A DNA stretch of 13,843 nt from an uncultured archaeon (GCA_964549075.1 CAZJUB010000068.1:1-13843); one strand, 5' to 3'; positions 1 to 7,813 are shown, counted from the stretch's first letter. Made by a program: numbers and translations. The notes: generated by a model not told the origin, from the sequence alone.

Positions 1-2
1 GT

Positions 3-473
3 AAAACAATAGAATCTATATTAGCTTCACCTATGACAGAAACAGAAATAGTTACAGCAAAAATTCTTTCATCATTACTTCCATCATTTTTAGGAACAAC
101 TATCGCAGCGATTGGTTATATGGGTATAACAGATTTTATACTATGGAAGAGCGATGTAGGTATTATTTTATTCCCAGATTTTCTCTCTATTGTTTTCGTA
201 TTAATTTTTGGTCCATTATTCTCTACAATTAGCGTAGAATTAATGATAATGGTTTCTACCAAAGTTAAAAGTGTAAGAGACTCTTATCAGATTGGCTCTT
301 TAATTGTACTTCCCTTAATATTACTCATAGCTGCTGAAATGTTTACTTTCTTTTTTGCATCATATGCCACTTTATTTGGGGGAGTAGCAATAATGCTGAT
401 AATCATAGCAGCATTATTCAAAATAGCTACAGCAATATTTGATCGAGAGAAAGTTATTACGAAGATGGTTTAA
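3..473 (+). CDS. ABC-2 type transporter permease, 5'-truncated by the window edge
   Basis: The frame is open upstream of the ATG at 33 (position 3 reads KTIESILASP-MTETEIVTAK), matching the ABC-2 permease motif (E)rkTlEsLLasP..ei..aK. Several hydrophobic TM segments follow, plus a typical C-terminal FDRE. The true start lies outside the window. Confidence 0.85.
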   Translation, partial: KTIESILASPMTETEIVTAKILSSLLPSFLGTTIAAIGYMGITDFILWKSDVGIILFPDFLSIVFVLIFGPLFSTISVELMIMVSTKVKSVRDSYQIGSLIVLPLILLIAAEMFTFFFASYATLFGGVAIMLIIIAALFKIATAIFDREKVITKMV

Positions 474-485
474 ATTGGACTGCTT

Positions 486-986
486 CTACCATTTCTCATA
501 ATGTATTTTATTCTTATCGTATCTATCTGAAGGCGATTTTTCTTCTGCAGGATAACCTATCGGTATATATGAAACGGGATAAATATCTTTAGGTAATTTG
601 AATAATTTTCTAAAAGATTCTACTAAATCATCTTGTGGGTATATTCCAACCCAGACACTTCCTAAACCTAATGAATTTGCACCTAACAAGATATTAAGAG
701 TCGCTGCAGCACAATCTTGAACCCAAAAACCTCTTCCATCAGACCTCTCCATGTTACCGCATACAAGGATAGCTACTGGAGCTTCTTGAGACATTTTAGC
801 ATAAGGATGGATTTCTGGTATATAATCTAGTGTTTTACGATTTTTAACTACAATAAAGTCCCAAGTCTGTTTATTACCTGCTGAAGGAGCTGCCATAGCT
901 GCTCTAAGAATTTGTGTAATCATTTCATCTGTAACATGATTACTTTTGAATCTGCGAATGCTTCTTCTTGTAAGAATGTTCTGCAT
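486..986 (-). CDS. Nitroreductase family protein (FMN-dependent)
   Basis: N-terminal RRSIRRF, AAPSAGNKQTWDFIVV, QDCAAATLNILLGANSLGLGSVWVG and C-terminal IPIGYP are all classic nitroreductase motifs. A GGTGA SD lies 4 nt upstream of the ATG. Confidence 0.95.
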   Translation of the reverse strand: MQNILTRRSIRRFKSNHVTDEMITQILRAAMAAPSAGNKQTWDFIVVKNRKTLDYIPEIHPYAKMSQEAPVAILVCGNMERSDGRGFWVQDCAAATLNILLGANSLGLGSVWVGIYPQDDLVESFRKLFKLPKDIYPVSYIPIGYPAEEKSPSDRYDKNKIHYEKW

Positions 987-997
987 TAATTCACCCT

Positions 998-1010
998 TTT
1001 AGTAACTAAA
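998..1010. promoter_or_regulatory. Perfect palindrome TTTAGT-A-ACTAAA, candidate operator upstream of the nitroreductase
   Basis: 6-bp arms (998-1003 and 1005-1010) around a 1-nt centre. It lies between the TATA-like TTTATATA (minus strand, about 1018-1025) and the SD of the nitroreductase. Confidence 0.4.
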
Positions 1011-1014
1011 GATA

Positions 1015-1030
1015 GGATATATAAAAAATT
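1015..1030 (-). promoter_or_regulatory. Putative TATA box for the nitroreductase (divergent promoter region 987-1091)
   Basis: The minus strand reads AAATTTTTTATATATC about 30 nt upstream of the ATG at 986, consistent with archaeal TATA spacing and a short leader. Confidence 0.4.
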
Positions 1031-1091
1031 TACATTATATCAAGTACTTTTTGAAGAAAAGAAATAAGTAGAGGAATAATTATTACCTGAT

Positions 1092-2021
1092 ATGGAAGTG
1101 GGATTATCTCTCCCTATTAAAATGACAGGAGAATCTAAAGAGCTTTATTGTCTTAACGCTAGAAAAATAGGAGTAAATAGCATTTGGATTGGAGATAATC
1201 CTCCAATTAATAATGCATTCCTTGATATAGCAAGATTGCTCAAATCGGTTCCAGATGTGGAATTTTGGACAGGAATCACTTCTCCGTTCTATTACTCATT
1301 AGAGGTATTGTTTGCTTTAAGTGTATGGTCTTATAGTAATTTTCTAAAAAGATTTGGTTTGGGACTAGGGATAGGTAATCCAGAGATAATCAATGATCCA
1401 AGCATATATGAAAAACCATTTTCAAATTTCAAAGAAGCAATAGAAAATCTACTTAAAATTGTAGAAATAAGAAGAACTCAAACAAATTTTGATGATTTTC
1501 CCCCTATAGCAATCGGAGGAATGGGCGAGAAAATGATCCGTTTAGCTAAGAAAAAAGCTGATTTCCTTCTTTTAAACAGTATTTCACCATTTGATATTGA
1601 TCGAGCATTGAAAAGATATGGAGAAGGAACAGAAACCAACTTACCTAACAAAGTGATACCTTATGGAATGATGCAAATTCTTCCAGAAAGTAAGGAGATT
1701 TCTTTAACTGTATGGAATATCACAAAAGATATAGCTAAAAATTGCTCTAACAAAATTCTAAAAGATCATGGATACTCTAGCAAAATAATTTCTAAGATAA
1801 GAGAACTCAGTTGGGAAAGTTACGATAAAGTACCTAAAGGAGAAATTCTTTCAATAGTAAATGACTTCGCTATAGTCGGAAATTTAAGTGAGATCTCTGA
1901 GAGGCTTAAAACACTAAAAATTCTTCAAAATAAAAAATTGGTAGAAAGGATAGTATTAGGATGGATTCATACTCATGAGCAATGGGATGATCTAAAATCT
2001 CTTATTAACTATCTAAAATAA
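1092..2021 (+). CDS. LLM-class (luciferase-like) flavin/F420-dependent oxidoreductase, divergent Mer-like
   Basis: ARKIGVNSIWIGD, FWTGITSPF, RFGLGLGIG, PIAIGGMGEKMIRLAKKKADFLLLN and FAIVGNLSEISERLKTL align with the Mer/LLM TIM-barrel motifs (AeeaGfdsvWi.D, lGtGvtnP, RfiLGiG.G, PiyigaqGpkml.lAge.aDgvliN, f.i.Gtp.e...kl). Confidence 0.8.
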   Translation: MEVGLSLPIKMTGESKELYCLNARKIGVNSIWIGDNPPINNAFLDIARLLKSVPDVEFWTGITSPFYYSLEVLFALSVWSYSNFLKRFGLGLGIGNPEIINDPSIYEKPFSNFKEAIENLLKIVEIRRTQTNFDDFPPIAIGGMGEKMIRLAKKKADFLLLNSISPFDIDRALKRYGEGTETNLPNKVIPYGMMQILPESKEISLTVWNITKDIAKNCSNKILKDHGYSSKIISKIRELSWESYDKVPKGEILSIVNDFAIVGNLSEISERLKTLKILQNKKLVERIVLGWIHTHEQWDDLKSLINYLK

Positions 2022-2025
2022 TCAA

Positions 2026-2820
2026 TCACTTCAAGAATTTGTATAATTCTTCTAAGTCTTTCCATACTTTTGTGGGTTTAATTTCACTATGTTCCAAATC
2101 ATGTTGTGACTCATGAGAATTTACCAGCAGAACACTCTTGACTCCAACATCATTTGCCATTTTTATATCTGTTTCCAGTCTATCACCTATAACTAGTACT
2201 TTGGAAGGTTTAACACCTGATTTCTCTAAGCAAGATCTTAACATTATCTCGTTTGGTTTTCCAAAAATTATATCAGCTGATCTTCCAGTTGCTTGTTCAA
2301 ACATTTTAAGAAAAGAACCAACATCTGGGATTTCTCCTTCTTCGGTTGGACAGGTATCATCTGGATGTGTAGCATAAAATGGTATGTGTGTTTTTTGTTT
2401 GAGTAATAAACTTGTTTGCTTTATTTTCTTATAATTCAACGTTTTATCAAAACCCAATATAATAGCTTGTGGATCCTCTAAGCTATTTAAAATTCCACTT
2501 TTATTCATATCTGCAACCATACCAGGAGTACCAACCACATAACATTGAGTTATGTTATTTTTTCTTAGGAATTCAATTGTAGCTTGTGTTGATGTATAAA
2601 TATTCTCAGGACTTAACTTAACTTTCAAAATATCTGACAATCTAGATTTATTTTCGTCTATAGAATATGAGGAATTGTTAGAAAGAATTGTGAATTGAAG
2701 TCCATGTTTTTGCAATGAATGAAGAATATCACTAGCAAATGGTAATGCTTGTTTTCCAAGAAGAAGTGTTCCATCGGCATCAAATATAAAATATTTAAAC
2801 TGCTCTAGGAATTCAGACAC
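2026..2820 (-). CDS. HAD-IIA family hydrolase (NagD/PNPase-like phosphatase)
   Basis: Motif I FIFDADGTL, motif II LSNNS, cap region ILGFD...ATHPD..CP..EG.IPDVGS, motif III GKP and motif IV IGDRLETDI. GTG start at 2820 with an AGGTG SD 7 nt upstream. Confidence 0.93.
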   Translation of the reverse strand: MSEFLEQFKYFIFDADGTLLLGKQALPFASDILHSLQKHGLQFTILSNNSSYSIDENKSRLSDILKVKLSPENIYTSTQATIEFLRKNNITQCYVVGTPGMVADMNKSGILNSLEDPQAIILGFDKTLNYKKIKQTSLLLKQKTHIPFYATHPDDTCPTEEGEIPDVGSFLKMFEQATGRSADIIFGKPNEIMLRSCLEKSGVKPSKVLVIGDRLETDIKMANDVGVKSVLLVNSHESQHDLEHSEIKPTKVWKDLEELYKFLK

Positions 2821-2838
2821 TTTTCTACACCTTTGTGT

Positions 2839-4323
2839 TTATTCTTCACTTGGTGGTTTAGGAACTGAAACTTCTACATCAATTGCTTCTATTTCTTTAT
2901 TTGTCTCTTTCTTCTTTTCTTTAGAAGTTTTCTTCTTTTTCTCTCTACTACCTGAGGATTTTTCTTTTTCAGAAGATGACGAAATAAGATTCTTAGTTCC
3001 TGTATATGCGTTCTTGCTCACTTCACCAATCTTCTTTCCCGCTTTACTTGTAATCTCTTTTGTTTTATTCCAAGCTGGTGCAAGTTTTCTCCCTACTGAA
3101 GCTGTCACTTCTCCAACTTTAAACGTTGACCATTGATTTTTCAGGTCTTCTTTAACAGGTGTTTTCTCAATTTCATCTATAACTTTGAGTATTTCTTCAA
3201 TCATTGGTGTAGTAAGTTCGACACCTAAAGGCATCTTGAGCTTTCCTAAAGGACTTACTTCGAAGACTGGAAAACCACCATTTTGAACCACTGTTTTGAA
3301 TGTCCCTTTTCGCTTGATATCTAGTTTTTCAATAGCTTCAAAGACTTCTTCACCATCGGATGCAGCAATTTCCTTAATTGCATTTATTCTTTCAATTTGA
3401 GAAGAGAGTTTAATGGTTTTATTACTTAAAACACCTATGATGGAAGAGAGGGTGGTTTTATGTGTATCAAAATTTGAAGAGAGTTTCTTAAAATTATTTG
3501 AAAAATCTTTGGTAATCCCTCTTCTTGGTAAAGAAACTTTTAATTTCTCCATCTCTTCAAATTTTTCTGTCGCTTTCTTGACATATTCATCTCCCTTAAT
3601 CACAAGTTCACTAGTTTGCTCTAACTCAAATTCATTCTTGATCACTTCACCTTCTTCTATTAGCTGCTCTGCTTCTTCAGAAAACATCTGCATCTTGCAA
3701 GTTCTAAGTATAAGCTCAAATTCAGCCAGCTCTTCCTCTACTTCATAGAGTTTTTCATCTAGATAAGAATAAAACTCCGACACATCAAATGAACCTGAGG
3801 AAAGTTTTTGATATTCATCTCTTATTGCTTCTATTTTCCCCACTATTTCACTAATTGTCGCACCATAAATTTGCCCTTTCTCGAGAATCTCATCAAAAGA
3901 TAAATCTTTCATAAAAGAAAGTTTACTCCTCATCTCTTCTCTTAATCGGGGTATCATCTCTTCAATGTATTTCTTTCTTTTGGACATGAGTATGGTATCC
4001 AGACGTTGTAAATCGTTTTTCAATCTATTTTCATTCATATCCAATTTTGTATATAGTCCATATACAAGCTGATTTAAGAGATAATCATTTACATATTTAT
4101 CTACGAGTTTATCGGCTTCTTTAGCAAGTGGTACAAGTTGCGAATACTGTTCTAATATCCTAATGTAATGTGAATTAATTTCCTCAAAAGTAAATAACGA
4201 ACTGTCAGCATAGATGTCCTTTGTATTATTGATATCATATTCGACATTTCGTAGTAATTTATCTGCTTCTGTTTTTACTTCTTTAACTTTTTTTGGTAAT
4301 GGTCGAAGAGTTCCAGGTATCAT
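2839..4323 (-). CDS. Hypothetical alpha-helical/coiled-coil protein with C-terminal amphipathic repeats and a Lys/Ser-rich tail
   Basis: 494-aa ORF rich in E/K/L with helical periodicity over about 1-330. 11-mer repeats at about residues 399-449, then a low-complexity tail (SSSSEKEKSSGSREKKKKTSKEKKKE). No family recognised. It ends 18 nt upstream of the HAD gene. Confidence 0.8.
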   Translation of the reverse strand: MIPGTLRPLPKKVKEVKTEADKLLRNVEYDINNTKDIYADSSLFTFEEINSHYIRILEQYSQLVPLAKEADKLVDKYVNDYLLNQLVYGLYTKLDMNENRLKNDLQRLDTILMSKRKKYIEEMIPRLREEMRSKLSFMKDLSFDEILEKGQIYGATISEIVGKIEAIRDEYQKLSSGSFDVSEFYSYLDEKLYEVEEELAEFELILRTCKMQMFSEEAEQLIEEGEVIKNEFELEQTSELVIKGDEYVKKATEKFEEMEKLKVSLPRRGITKDFSNNFKKLSSNFDTHKTTLSSIIGVLSNKTIKLSSQIERINAIKEIAASDGEEVFEAIEKLDIKRKGTFKTVVQNGGFPVFEVSPLGKLKMPLGVELTTPMIEEILKVIDEIEKTPVKEDLKNQWSTFKVGEVTASVGRKLAPAWNKTKEITSKAGKKIGEVSKNAYTGTKNLISSSSEKEKSSGSREKKKKTSKEKKKETNKEIEAIDVEVSVPKPPSEE

Positions 4324-4360
4324 TAGATATTAGATATTTGTATGATTGAAAAATTTTGTG

Positions 4361-4385
4361 AAAGTCTCTTATAGAATGAGACTTT
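4361..4385. terminator. Inverted repeat AAAGTCTC-N9-GAGACTTT just after the rad50 stop (possible terminator or operator)
   Basis: Perfect 8-bp arms at 4361-4368 and 4378-4385. It begins 2 nt past the rad50 TAA on the minus strand and is followed by CACAAAATTTTTCAA. Confidence 0.4.
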
Positions 4386-4387
4386 AT

Positions 4388-6529
4388 TTAAGACTGTTCT
4401 TCTGCCTCTTCTTCTATCTCTGTAGGAGCTTGATGAAAGCTTACTAAACTCCCAGATGAACCTGAACCTATATTTACAGAAATCGTTGGAGCTTTGAATC
4501 GATTCCTAATATTAGTATGAGTGATTAAGAATATTTGACTGAAACGTTTTTCTGCAATCAAACCTTCTATAACTTTAGATCTTCGTTCTTCATCTAGAGC
4601 ACTAAGAGGTTCATCTAACACTAAAATATCCATTTTGGGAGGTTCAATTGGTGAATCTTTGGTTGGTCGAATTCGTTTGAGTAATTCACTGATTCCTATT
4701 CTTAAACCAAGACCTATTGCTGCTTTATCTCCTCCAGAGAGTAAAGTCTGACTTTTCACAAAACCCAGTTCTTCATCTTTTATACTCATGTTAAGTGTTT
4801 TAGCTTTTGTTGGTTCAAGATACAATTCTGAATATCTTCCCTTTGTGAATAAATAAATGTAACCTCGAGTAGCTTGTTGGATACCTGCAAGCATACGGTT
4901 AGAAATTAAATCTTCTGCTATGAATTTCTCAACAAGAGATCTTACTTCATCAAAAATTGATAATTCCATATCTATTTTCGCAAGTTCTATTTCTTTCTTT
5001 TTATTTTCCTCGATCTGTTTATTAAGTTTAACAATTTTTTCTGATCTTTCTCTTATTGTATCAAGATTATGTGCTTTTGTACTTTCTTTATTTTTTATAT
5101 CATCATCTATAGATTTTACATGATCATATAAGTCATTAAAATCAGATAAGTTGTATTTCTGTGCAAATTCATCAAGATTCTTAACTTTATAACTCTGCAA
5201 TGAGTTTTGAATTGAGTTTTCTATTTCTTCCTTAGTTTTATTTAATTCAACTAATTCATCAATATCTTCAAACAAAGAAGCAAGGTTATTGAAATCATTT
5301 TTAAATCGGGAATTTTCACTTTCTATTTCTTCTATTTCTGATTGAACTACCTTGATTTGTTCGTCTTTTCTCAAAACACCTTGTGATAATGCAGGAATAT
5401 TCTTTTTTGATCGTTCTAATAATTCCTTAAATTTTTCATCACTAATCTCTTGTTCACATACATCACAAGTTGGTTGATCTCCCTGTTCTGCTATTTTTTC
5501 TAAACTTTCCTTACGTTTAGTGAAATTTTCACGTTCAATTTCTAAAATATTTTTTTCTTGTTTTAGTTTATCTATTGTTTTCTCTTTTTCTTTCCTATTT
5601 TCTAAATTGTGCTTTATATTGCTTTCAATATCCTTATTCTTGTTTTCAATGTCATTTTTATTGACAGGTTCTTTGAAATTGAACTTTTTTCCTAATTCAG
5701 AAATTATTTGTTCTTTATTCTTGATAGTTTGTTCCTGTTGGTCTAACCGATTAGCTAGATTATCTATTTTTTGAATTTCTTTATAATCTGGAAAATTGCT
5801 TAATTTAATTTGAAGTGTTTCTATCGATGAATCAAGATTATCGATGTCCTTCTTTGCATCTTCGATTGCTTGTTTGATTTCTTTAATTTCAATTTCATAA
5901 CTGTTAGTGGTACGTTCTATACTATATTCTTCCTTCTTATCATCTAAATCTTGTTTTCTATCTTTGATAATATCCAAAGCTTTATCTCGATAGTAATCAA
6001 GTTGGAAAAGTTCATAGATTATTTTACGTAGGTCAGCTCCTTTTGCTTCAGCTAAATCTTGAACTGTCCCTTGTCTAACTATTAAAGTATTTAGTACTTT
6101 TTCCTTGGTTATATTAAGTAAAGAAGTGATTTTATCATCAACTTCTAAAACACTTTGACTGACAGTTCTTTTAGTCACCTTTTTACCATTTAAAGCAGCA
6201 TTGTAATCTAATTCTAGTAAGTATGATTGAACAGCTTTTTTCTTACTATGATTTCTCATCACGAGATAGCATTTATTTTCAAGCTCAAACGCCACTTCTA
6301 CTTCAGTTTCTGAATATCCCCTTCGTATTAAATCATCTTTAGTTCCAAGTTCTTTTGTGGATGTTGGATCATAAAACAATGCATAGAAAATCGCATCAAA
6401 TAAGCTAGATTTTCCAACAGAGTTTGCTCCTTCAACAAATAAAAGACCTTCGGGTAAAATACCTTGATCAGGTATTTTGATATCGCTATAACATTTGAAA
6501 TTTTTAGCTTGAATCCAAAGAATTCGCAT
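4388..6529 (-). CDS. rad50: Rad50/SbcC-like SMC-family ATPase (DSB repair)
   Basis: N-terminal I.aKNFKcY, Walker A GANSVGKSS, Q-loop VRQG, long coiled coil with a central Zn-hook CDVC (5456-5467), signature LSGGD, Walker B/D-loop LVLDEPLSALDEERR and H-loop LITH. I place the start at ATG 6529 rather than the track's TTG 6538, because GGAGGT lies 8 nt upstream of the ATG and the ATG is 1 nt after the mre11 TAA. Confidence 0.93.
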   Translation of the reverse strand: MRILWIQAKNFKCYSDIKIPDQGILPEGLLFVEGANSVGKSSLFDAIFYALFYDPTSTKELGTKDDLIRRGYSETEVEVAFELENKCYLVMRNHSKKKAVQSYLLELDYNAALNGKKVTKRTVSQSVLEVDDKITSLLNITKEKVLNTLIVRQGTVQDLAEAKGADLRKIIYELFQLDYYRDKALDIIKDRKQDLDDKKEEYSIERTTNSYEIEIKEIKQAIEDAKKDIDNLDSSIETLQIKLSNFPDYKEIQKIDNLANRLDQQEQTIKNKEQIISELGKKFNFKEPVNKNDIENKNKDIESNIKHNLENRKEKEKTIDKLKQEKNILEIERENFTKRKESLEKIAEQGDQPTCDVCEQEISDEKFKELLERSKKNIPALSQGVLRKDEQIKVVQSEIEEIESENSRFKNDFNNLASLFEDIDELVELNKTKEEIENSIQNSLQSYKVKNLDEFAQKYNLSDFNDLYDHVKSIDDDIKNKESTKAHNLDTIRERSEKIVKLNKQIEENKKKEIELAKIDMELSIFDEVRSLVEKFIAEDLISNRMLAGIQQATRGYIYLFTKGRYSELYLEPTKAKTLNMSIKDEELGFVKSQTLLSGGDKAAIGLGLRIGISELLKRIRPTKDSPIEPPKMDILVLDEPLSALDEERRSKVIEGLIAEKRFSQIFLITHTNIRNRFKAPTISVNIGSGSSGSLVSFHQAPTEIEEEAEEQS

Positions 6530-6530
6530 T

Positions 6531-7802
6531 TTACTCAACCTCCTCCTTAATGGAAGAAGAAGTTTTGAAAACTTCTTCTATAATCTTACCACCTAATTCT
6601 ATGAACATTTTAGCTTGTCTCTCATCCTCCATACTCAGTGATCTTATGTAGCGTTCAAAGTCTTTCATAGGATCCTCTACAAGATAATCCTGGATTTTTG
6701 CTCCTTTTTGAAAACTGATAGGAGCTCTTTTTGTAACTTCTCCTGAATCCCACCTAAATTCAAGGATATTATAATCATCTGAAAAAATTTCCTTCTGAAT
6801 ATCAGTTAGAATATCTTCCATTCCCCACCAATTAGAGAGAAGAACAGAACCTGTGAACTTTAATTTTAATCTCACAGCTGTTGTACCATCATATTTTTTC
6901 TTATTTTTTTCAATATATTCTCTTATCTGTTTTTCAAAAACAGCTACATTCATATCTACTTTTAGAGGGATTTCTATTTGTTGCATAGTACGAACATGTT
7001 CAATTTGCTTTGGTAGAACAATTGGATCCTCTCCTTTCTGAACTTCAACTTCAAGAACTCCTTTATCCTGTGTTCTTTCAGCAAATGTGTAACGTGCAGT
7101 ACTTCCAGCTTGCCAAGCATTTTTCTTAACTTTATGTTGCTGATGGTCATGTCCTAATGCAACATAGTCATATTTATACTGCAAAATTAACTCATGAAGA
7201 TCTAATCCTCTTACCATTCCATGAGCTACAGCAATAGATATTTTCGCAGGATCTGGTTGTTGATTGTTTCTCAACCAACTCTCATATGTTTTGGACCAAT
7301 TTTCTAATTTACCAAACTGAAAGTAAGGAAATAAGTAGAACTTTACATCAGGAAATTCTTGGATTAAAGGAGTATTTTTTCTTATCGCATTTTTTAATTC
7401 ATAGTTGGTAAATACGTAAACAATTTCTGGAAAAGCTGCTTCAACGAATTCTAAAGTACTATAATTTCGAGTCAAAAAAGTTCCATGATTTCCATCTATT
7501 ATTATTAACGGTATTTTTTTCTTAATTTTGCTGAAAAAATCTTTTAGCGATTTTATAACATAAGTTCTAGAATATTCACTAGGACCAGATAAATTTCTGC
7601 CTACAGGGATATCGAAGAGATCACCTGAATGAATTAAATAATCAGGTTTTACTTTTAAAGCTATATCTAGTGCTTGTTCAAAACCAATACAATAATCTTC
7701 CTCTATCCATGTGACTCTCTGCTCAAGTTTCCAAGAATCTTTTACATCTCGATATCGGCGATGTGATACATGTGTGTCAGAAAAATGTAAAATTTTCACC
7801 AT
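6531..7802 (-). CDS. mre11: Mre11/SbcD-like metallophosphoesterase nuclease
   Basis: Five phosphoesterase motifs: HFSDTH, HSGDLFD, DGNHG, AHG and YVALGHDH. These are followed by AGS...F.E...KG and a capping-like domain. It is directly upstream of rad50. Confidence 0.92.
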   Translation of the reverse strand: MVKILHFSDTHVSHRRYRDVKDSWKLEQRVTWIEEDYCIGFEQALDIALKVKPDYLIHSGDLFDIPVGRNLSGPSEYSRTYVIKSLKDFFSKIKKKIPLIIIDGNHGTFLTRNYSTLEFVEAAFPEIVYVFTNYELKNAIRKNTPLIQEFPDVKFYLFPYFQFGKLENWSKTYESWLRNNQQPDPAKISIAVAHGMVRGLDLHELILQYKYDYVALGHDHQQHKVKKNAWQAGSTARYTFAERTQDKGVLEVEVQKGEDPIVLPKQIEHVRTMQQIEIPLKVDMNVAVFEKQIREYIEKNKKKYDGTTAVRLKLKFTGSVLLSNWWGMEDILTDIQKEIFSDDYNILEFRWDSGEVTKRAPISFQKGAKIQDYLVEDPMKDFERYIRSLSMEDERQAKMFIELGGKIIEEVFKTSSSIKEEVE

Positions 7803-7813
7803 ATATTCACCAT

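Noticed and set aside
33-473. ATG 33 as the start of a complete 146-aa protein
   Set aside because: The frame is open to the window edge and the upstream codons (KTIESILASP) belong to the internal ABC-2 permease motif, so the gene is 5'-truncated.
2138-2377. 79-aa plus-strand ORF
   Set aside because: Antisense shadow of the well-supported HAD-IIA gene, with no motif or RBS.
2890-2980. Pyrimidine-rich low-complexity DNA resembling a repeat or terminator
   Set aside because: It is fully explained by the Lys/Glu/Ser codons of the 494-aa protein tail.
3413-3748. 111-aa Ser-rich plus-strand ORF
   Set aside because: Its Ser/Phe richness is the reverse complement of Glu/Lys codons in the 494-aa gene.
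4920-5774. Two hydrophobic plus-strand ORFs (4920-5123, 5520-5774) that look like small membrane proteins
   Set aside because: The F/S/L/I composition is the expected antisense artefact of the K/E-rich Rad50 coiled coil.
6853-7041. 62-aa plus-strand ORF
   Set aside because: Antisense to mre11, with no independent support.
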